A stretch of DNA of 18,485 bases from Ginkgo biloba (lineage: Eukaryota; Plantae; Ginkgophyta), in contig JANKJI020000002.1 of the NCBI GenBank assembly GCA_024626585.2, positions 249,950,973 to 249,969,457 of the forward strand. The letters run 5' to 3'. Positions 11,594-18,485 of the stretch are shown here, piece by piece. A program made the translations under genes and the position numbers. Each line of letters opens with the position of its first letter. The stretch's first letter is position 1. A model generated the notes under the pieces. That model was not told where the DNA came from. It searched no databases and saw only the letters and a list, made by a program, of their open reading frames with translations.

Positions 11594-12160
11594 CTGAATG
11601 CCACCATCTTCACCAAAACGCCCATGTATCAATGGAAATACAATATCTGTGGAGACAGTCAGATGTTACATGAACTTTGATAGGGACTTGAAACCCATAG
11701 CTAGAATGTCAAGTTTAAAATGAAAAGAAGTCAGGGTATTTGATTACATCTATGCAGAGGATATTGCATAAGCATTGAGATCACAATCTATATAATAGCA
11801 ACTCATGCATAAATCCCCAGCCTGGAGATGATCAAGTACTAATCTTGTAGAGTTCAATGAAATGCGCTATTTAGCAGACGAACCTCCACAGATGAATGCC
11901 ACTCTTAATATTCGTTCATTATTCTAACTTCCTCTATTAGAACCCTCTTGTTGAACTTCAACTGTCGCACGAGGATTTAAAGCTCTAATAGTCCATTTAT
12001 TTGTACCTATAAAATTCTGACATTGCTTTGTTCCCGAGTAGCACATATTGAGTTGTGGAATGCATTTTCCAATTTTTGCGTTTAGGCACTACTTTCTCGT
12101 GTCAACACCTTGAATAGCCTGTGAAAATCTTGTTATCATCAGAGATTGACAAGTCGCCAT
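11594..12160 (-). pseudogene. DDL: DDL segment/exon 1 (189 codons): putative plastid transit peptide plus N-terminal Ddl domain, six premature stops
   Basis: ATG GCG at 12160 opens a single frame running to ATT CAG|GTTAGT (donor at 11593). Stops: TAG 12089-12091, TAG 11924-11926, TAG 11867-11869, TAG 11750-11752, TAA 11744-11746, TAA 11666-11668. The first ~65 codons start MA, contain only one acidic residue and end IRALNPRA-TVE, as expected of a transit peptide. Confidence 0.9.
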
Positions 12161-12360
12161 AGCGAATGAGTTTCTGCTTTAATTCGAACGACGTTAGGAG
12201 CAAAATTAATCTTTCTCTGCTCAAGCCCTTACTTATTGGAACACATCCGGGCATATTTGGTTATAGGAATATTTCGTTCTTCCCAATTTGGATGGGAGCA
12301 GGCATGCGTTCGGAGATTCCTCCGCGCAGCTCTCATTCTCTAATTTTTTATTAATCCCCG
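12161..12360 (-). promoter_or_regulatory. Probable 5' UTR / proximal promoter of the DDL copy
   Basis: Relatively GC- and CpG-rich stretch (ccgcgc, cgttcgg, ccggg, cgacg) immediately upstream of the ATG, giving way to very AT-rich DNA beyond about 12450. Called from position and composition only. Confidence 0.35.
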
Positions 12361-13602
12361 ACCTGTAACCTTAGCTGTTGTCCTGTGATGAGTTGGATTA
12401 TTAAAACTTTGGATTAGTTCGTTGCGAAATGCTTATATTCAGTGGGTAATAAAAATATTTAATGACAAAGATAAGTTTTTAAATTGCAATCCCGCATGGT
12501 TTACTTAAAAAGTAAATTTTTTCAAATTTTTTAATTGCTTTCACATGAACAATAAATAATAATTTCAATTAATTTCTATAAAATATAAGTGATTTTTGAA
12601 GTACTTCGAAGTAATTAAGTTACAAGCGACTCTTTCAAGGAAAAAAGGTCTTGTATGTGGTATTTTATTCAACGTCTATACGACATAGTGGTAAATCATT
12701 TTGTAGACTTTTTAACTCTTTCATAACATATGAGAATTTTATGTTTCCCTGCACTCGAGTGAGCTCATATTTTTGCAATCACCTTGATTTGTTAACCAAT
12801 TTTTTTTACCACTTAATGCTAATATTAGCTTGCAAATAAAGGAATGCATCTTATATGTTTTCACATTCCATAAATTTTGAAATTTGACTTATTTTAGTTA
12901 TTTGCCTCATTGGTCTATATTGTTTGTTTTTTAGGAGGGGGTTGAAAATAAGTCTAATTATATCATAATAAAATACAAAAAGTTAAGCACATGGTGGGTC
13001 TTCAAAAAATAAAATTGACCCAAAAGAGAAGACTATACGAATACACATTCTACCACTTGGCTAATAGTCATTGCTTACAAGTCGTTACAAAATGGGCAGT
13101 TAGCCCTACAAAAAAATACGAAATAAGCTCATTCATTAACACCATATTCGTGTTGAGCTACTGGAACAAAATTGAGATCAAACTAGTGTTAAAGATTAGA
13201 TTCAACCTCCTATGAAAGTATTTGTTGCACTGTATCAACCCAAGGGTTAATCATGTTGCCACCATAATTATTTGCCAAGCCTTACAGTAAAAGGTTCAAG
13301 AGTTGTCATTGAATATGTTATCGTGGATGCACATGCCATTGATTCTCAGTGCGAAGACGTGGATGGGAATCATGTTGGAAGTGTCGTAGCAAGATATGGC
13401 CTCGATGAGCAAATTATTGGACCTCGGACTAAATATCATTTAATAGTGAACGAAGATGGCTAGCTTCAACCGCATGAGCCACCAATCAGGTGTGCATCTA
13501 AGAATACACATTACAGAAAAAGGGGTTAAGGACATAACAAGCAATAGCAACTGCTTGAGAATCATTGAGCATTGCATTATATATGGCTCTCCATATGGAT
13601 CA

Positions 13603-14713
13603 TGATGCAGGAGCATCATCACCATTTTTTATAAGACCCGCCAATAATGACAACCAACTAAGGAAGGGCGACATTTTGGGTACGTNNNNNNNNNNNNNNN
13701 NNNNNNNNNNNAAGAAGAGATCAGTAATGGTGACAACTGCCGTAGCGACAATGTGTCAGTGAATCGATAGGTACTTTGGGGGAATAAGCCAAAGAGTGGC
13801 ATCAATGAAGGAAAAGGACAAAAGCCAAAAAATAGGAGGAAACACTTGACAAGAGGAAAGGTTAGAGGATTTGTTAGAGAGGAAGTATCCAATGAAGGAT
13901 GAAAATGGTTTGATGGAGGGCAGGGAGAGGAACTGACAAAGACGTTGAAGGGGTAAGAAGCAATAGAGCGTCAAATATGAGGCAGATGCCAAGCGAAGGG
14001 AAAACAGAAGGAAATCGACAGAAGTGCCAATAGAGATAGTTGGGTAGCAGAGATGAAGACAAGAGGAAAGAAAGGTAGCGCCAATGGCCAATAAGGAGGT
14101 AGGCACCGACAATGGCATCAACATGAAAGACCAACGACGAACAGAGGAAGATAGATAATAGAGCAGCATATTTAATGAAGAAAATAGGAGAAGAGATCAA
14201 TAATGTCAACAGATTGACGACCGACAGTGATAGGTCAGGAGAAAAGAAAAAGAGAAGACGTCCAAAAGAGGAAGGGTGATATAGAGCACCGACAACCAAC
14301 AAACGACAAAAGGCAAGAGACAATTAAGCGACAACAAAAATAGGTGGAGGCCGACATCGCACAGGGAAAATAGAGAGACAAAGTTTTTAAACCAAAGAGG
14401 AGTAAAAGTGGTAGGTGACCATGTCATCAGAAGGGGATATTTTAGAGAAGGAGATTTTGGGGCTTGAGGAGCCAAAAGAATTTAATGGGAGCCATGAAGA
14501 TTTCACCAATCAAGCAAGGCAAGAGTGTTAGGTAGAGATCAAATGATGAGGAAGGAGTAAATGAAGCTACCAACGAACTTTGGAGGAAAAATGGTGGTAG
14601 GTGAGGGGAAGGCTTAGCGCCCAAGGCTGAAAGGAGATAAGACAAAAGGAGGAAGAAGTGGAAAAATGGAGAAGAGGCAAAAAGAAGAAGAGAGGAAAAC
14701 TCCAGGAGGTTGA
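13603..14713 (+). repeat. Long direct repeat copy 1 (putative 5' LTR, minimum extent)
   Basis: Aligns with 16081-17193. A hand count over 13761-13899 versus 16243-16381 gave about 22 mismatches in 139 nt (about 84% identity), mostly transitions. Confidence 0.92.
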
Positions 14714-16067
14714 AGGAGTCAAAGATGAGACTTTGTGAAGGGAGCAATAAAGTGGAAGATGTGCCAAGCATGAGGCAGCCACAAAGAACTAAAGATGAAA
14801 GACAAATAGTAGGTAGATCGTCAATGTAATTAGACTAAGATAGTCTAAGAGGTTGAGACAAAAGGCAGATAAAATCATGATGNNNNNNNNNNAACAACGA
14901 CCAATAACCATTAGTCAATAGAAGAAGGTTTTGGCATCTGACAACTGGAAGAAGGCAACGACAGGTGACCTTGAGGAGAAGAGACTGAGGAGGAGCTTAT
15001 TCTAAAGAATGAGGTGAGAGATTGGTGGAAGAATTGGTGATATCAAGAGACCAAGAAAATCCAATATTTATGGTTGATATGATCGAAGTAGGGGTTGAAG
15101 TGGGTGGACCAAATGTGGTTAGTTCACATGATAATTTTTTTATCAATAAGTGTGAGGTGATACAGTTCAACAATGTAGAGAAAGACTTGGATTGTGTAGA
15201 AGATGATCTTGTAGAGGATCTTCAAGACAAAAAGGGACCTCAAGAGCAACAAATACGCAAGTTGCTTGGCTAGGTGAATGGCCTTGGGAATTATGGTGTG
15301 AAGACCACGGATGAGTAAGAGAATGTGAATGAGTGCACCGATGAAGGGTTAATGAACAACTCATGGAAGATGATAGATAATCGATAAAAGTCGAAGGACC
15401 AAATTAGTAGAGGTTTGAAGAGAGAGCCGAAGGAAGTGAATGATGAAATATTATAGAATTGTCGATAGATGAAGTAGTGAGAAGAGAAGGCCCAAGAGAG
15501 AGGCACATATATAGTCGAAGGAGTGATAAGAGATCAAAGAATAAGGAGACGATGAACTAGAAGGGGTTGTGATGAAGGATTGGATAAGACTGTATTAGGA
15601 GGCATGCGATAATGGCGACAAGGACTATGGGAAGAGTCGTCAAGCGAAAGACCTAAAGACACTAATGGAGGTGGTCGATGGAGCTACAAAGAAAAGATAA
15701 CAAGAGAACTACAACTAGGAGAAATTGCAAAAGGGTGGAGAAGACCCACATATAAGAGCCCTTGTTGATAAGGGAGAGAAATAATGCCTAAAGGAGGTGG
15801 ACAAGGTTAGGATGGATGAGTGATAGACACCTATAGAGGAGAGCAAAGGTGTCAAGGTAAAGGCAGAGGTAGAGCATTGGGAGCAAGTATGCAAAGAGGT
15901 GGAGTAATGGATGGCTAGGAGCAACCAAAAATACTTAGTAAAGTCGAAAGAGATTGTCGCTAGAGGACAACACTGGGATTAAGAAAAGAAGACCAATGAA
16001 GTCAAGTGAAAAACAACCGAGGGAGAATGAGGAAGGGCATGAGCAGAATCTCATGTCAAAATTTTGT

Positions 16068-16080
16068 AAGAAGGGGAGGA
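16068..16080 (+). other. Polypurine tract (PPT)
   Basis: AAGAAGGGGAGGA immediately precedes the TG that starts repeat copy 2. It is absent in front of copy 1. Confidence 0.7.
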
Positions 16081-17193
16081 TGATGTAAGAGCATCGCCAC
16101 CATTTTTTACAAGACCCAATGACAGTGATAGTTGATGAAATAAGGGCAACATTTCGAGTATGTAAATGGAGAAAGCGGATCACATGGAAGAAGAGATCGA
16201 TGACGGTGACAACAGATAATCAACGTAGTAATAACATTTAGTGAATCAATAGGAATTTTGGGGGAACAAGCCAAAGAGTGACATCGATAAAGGAAAAGGA
16301 AGAAAGCCCCAAAATAGGAGGAAACACCTAATAGGAACAAAGGTCAAAGGATTTTTTAGAGAGGAAGTATCCGATGAAGAATGGAAATTGTCTAATGAAA
16401 GATAAAGAGAAGAACCGACAAGAGGTTGAAGGAGAAGGAAATGATAGAGCATCAAACATGAGGTAGTCGCTAGGCAAAGGGAAGACAGAAGGAAATTGAC
16501 AAAAGAACCAATAGAGACAGTTGGATAAAGGAGATGAATATGAGAGGAAAGAAAGGTGGTGCTTACGATCGACAGGAAGGTAGGCACTGATAATGATGGT
16601 GATAAGAAAGACCAATGGCGAACCAACAAAGATAGAAAATAGAGTGACACATTTTATAAAGGAAAGGGGAGAAGAGATCAACAATATCAATATAATGACT
16701 ACCAACAACAAAAGGTCAAGAGAAAATAAAAAGAGAAGATGCCCAAAAGAGGAAGGGTGATGTAGAGAGCTGGCAATCAACAGACAATAGAAGGCAGGAG
16801 ACAACTAAGTAATAACGATAATAGTGGAGGCCAATAACACATAGGGAAAATAAAGAGATAAAGCTTTTAAATTAAAGAGGAGTAAAAGCGGTAGGTAGTT
16901 GTACCATTTGAAGGGGATGTTTCAGAGTGGGAGATTTTAGGGCTTAAGGAGACAGAAGAATGTAATGAGAGCCATGAAGACTTCACTAACCAAATAAGGC
17001 GGGAGAGTTAAGTAGAGATCAAATGCTGAGGAAGGAGTAAATAAAGTTACCAACTGACTTTCGAGGGAAAATAGTGGTAGGTGAGGAGAAGGATTATCAC
17101 CCAAGGATGAAAGGAGAGAAGTCAAATGGAGGAAGAAGTGGAAAAAAGGACAAGAGCCAGAAGGAAGAAGAGAGATAAACTCTAAGAGGGAGA
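16081..17193 (+). repeat. Long direct repeat copy 2 (putative 3' LTR, truncated by the gap at 17194)
   Basis: Starts tgatgtaagagcatcgccaccattttttacaagaccc, versus tgatgcaggagcatcatcaccattttttataagaccc in copy 1, and stays colinear up to the gap. Confidence 0.92.
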
Positions 17194-18485
17194 NNNNNNN
17201 NNNNNNNNNNNNNNNNNNNNNNNNNNNNNNNNNNNNNNNNNNNNNNNNNNNNNNNNNNNNNNNNNNNNNNNNNNNNNNNNNNNNNNNNNNNNNTAAGTTC
17301 AAGTGAGCAGACTTTATTGCATCAAGAATAATAAAATACACCCATAAATAGGAATCATAGTACTAAAAGTACTAGAGGTAATGGCCACCAAGGTTTAAGG
17401 GTTAACCATGACATATAGCTAAAAAACCTAGAGTTTAGTTTTGGAAGACAAATAGATTCACATAAATGGGTACAAAAGTTGGAAATAATATTTATTCAAA
17501 CTAGGATATTTAAAGATTTATAGAGAATTTATACAACATTCATGGAAAGTGCAACACACACATGGGTTGTAAGATGGTTGGGAAGTAATTCACTTATCGT
17601 AAGTGATTCTACATCCTTTATTAACAACTTATATAAAAGTGCAAATTGAAATTGGAGTGACCCTTATAATATTCAATTATCTCTTCTTTTATAGATAACA
17701 AATAGTGGCAGAGTATATTAAAAAATTTAAAATCTTAAGAACTAAGGCCAAAATTTCTAGATCTTTACCTCATTGGAGAAGATCACGGGGCTTGACTTTC
17801 CCTCCTTGAATGAATGGGTGAAGTAATCGAATCTCCAAGTGATGCCTCCAACCTTCATATGAGTTTTCTACCTAATTAAATGGTGATGCAACCACTCTGT
17901 AAATCCAACACACATAGAGTGGATTTATCACGCTCAGAATAGAAACTAGAAATTGTCATTGATCACCTCTAGGATCTCAACAACATACCCTCTCTAGGTA
18001 AAGTTGGAAGGATGCACCAAGTGTGTTTGTCCTATTTAGGCATTGAGAAATGAGAGGGACTGATCCATGCAAAATCTTTCAACAATATTATCAAGTGTAA
18101 AGAGAAAAGAAATAAATAAATAGAATTTGCTCACACACCACACATAGAAAATTAATATGGATAATAAATTTTTAACTAGAGAAACACTCGCGGGGAATAA
18201 AAATCTAGGATGGCATTATTCAACAACATTTAGTCATTACATACATCCACCTTAGATCNNNNNNNNNNNNNNNNNNNNATAATTTATAATAATTGAATAA
18301 TTTATAACAATTCCAGTAGTCCCTCGAGTTGCCTCCCTCGATGATTGACTTAGCTCTTCTCAACTGGCTTGCATAAAGAAGACTCCTTAATGCCTCTTCT
18401 AACTGCCTCTAGCTTAGTGTTATGAGGGGTGTTCATATTTTTTTTGAGTTACCTCTATTGACAGTTCTAATCAGGTCTTCTCAAT

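Larger units (their letters stand above)
9512..12160 (-). pseudogene. DDL: Plant D-alanine--D-alanine ligase (DDL) family gene, 5' part, disrupted (pseudogene or mosaic of pseudogene and gene)
   Basis: Three colinear minus-strand segments encode LRVAFICGGSSAK*RISLNSTRLVLDHLQ...SCYYIDCDLNAYAISSA*M*SNTLTSFHFKLDILAMGF...DIVFPLIHGRFGEDGGIQ | ELLENANIPFVGTGSKESRRAFDK | GSGADQSELSKWFISNGLDINSGKVV. These match the plant DDL consensus as I recall it (LRVGLICGGPSAERGISLNSARSVLDHIQ...FPVIHGRFGEDGGIQ-ELLE..IPFVGTGS..C.RAFDK...WF..N.LD...GKVV). The Ddl HGxxGEDG motif is intact. Segment 1 has six in-frame stops. Confidence 0.92.
13603..17193 (+). mobile_element. Purine-rich LTR retroelement-like structure (LTR - short non-coding interior - PPT - LTR), right end lost in a gap
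   Basis: Direct repeats offset by about 2480 bp both begin TGATG. Homology stops sharply upstream of that point, and a polypurine tract abuts the second copy. No PR, RT, RH or IN motif was recognised in between. Confidence 0.7.
1986..17293. other. Assembly gaps: exact 100-N placeholders at 1986-2085, 4083-4182, 6769-6868, 8416-8515, 9723-9822, 11012-11111 and 17194-17293, plus shorter N runs
   Basis: Seen directly. True gap sizes are unknown, so distances and adjacency across them are unreliable. Confidence 0.98.

Noticed and set aside
11414-11632. ORF-track 72-aa protein MIHGRFGEDGGIQVSVN...
   Set aside because: Only the first 13 codons are DDL exon 1 (the TTG is Leu177). The rest is read-through into intron 1.
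11666-12091. U-to-C RNA editing rescuing the DDL stop codons (TAG>CAG, TAA>CAA)
   Set aside because: Such editing is organellar (ferns, hornworts), whereas this is a spliceosomal nuclear gene. The stop at 11744-11746 replaces Tyr, and G>A changes (E>K, A>T, V>M) cannot be repaired by U-to-C editing.
9512-12160. Bacterial contamination or recent horizontal transfer of ddl / van-type ligase
   Set aside because: GT-AG introns, a transit-peptide-like extension and plant-specific motifs (YSNTPxDFDFKL-like, SCYYID) indicate the vertically inherited plant gene.
16186-16205. ATCACA|TGG as the end of a short LTR plus a PBS
   Set aside because: TGGAAGAAGAGA does not match a tRNA 3' end I recognise, and repeat homology continues for another 1 kb.
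13629-17341. Cluster of Leu/Ser/Phe-rich minus-strand ORFs resembling membrane proteins
   Set aside because: They are an artefact of the pyrimidine-rich antisense strand of the repeat. They overlap in several frames and their boundaries differ between the two copies.
17294-18485. Probable further LTR or TE-derived sequence
   Set aside because: The composition is suggestive, but no terminus, PBS, PPT or coding motif could be pinned down.
1-18485. tRNA, rRNA, CRISPR array, riboswitch or prokaryotic operon
   Set aside because: No such motifs or regularly spaced repeat-spacer structure were seen, and the context is eukaryotic repeat-rich DNA.

Overview
Fragmented, AT-rich eukaryotic nuclear DNA with seven 100-N gaps and several short ones. 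Its decayed retroelements and long introns suggest a large-genome land plant, possibly a gymnosperm (inference). Most ORFs in the supplied track are spurious. The one host-gene signal, largely missed by the ORF track, is on the minus strand: the 5' part of a plant-type D-alanine--D-alanine ligase (DDL, plastid peptidoglycan pathway) with a probable plastid transit peptide. It appears as three segments: 12160-11594, 11372-11301 and 9589-9512. The first segment is 189 codons long with no introns or frameshifts, yet it carries six in-frame stops and a destroyed GGxSxER motif. Its last 24 codons and both downstream exons are intact, with canonical splice sites. This points to a pseudogene, or a mosaic of a decayed processed copy and a live gene. 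The rest is transposon debris: a Gypsy gag with four zinc knuckles, Copia fragments, repeated LTR-like segments, an RTE-like LINE fragment, and a purine-rich, apparently non-autonomous LTR element (direct repeats 13603-14713 and 16081-17193, with a polypurine tract) about 1.4 kb upstream of the DDL ATG. I see no support for a wholly new biological system.
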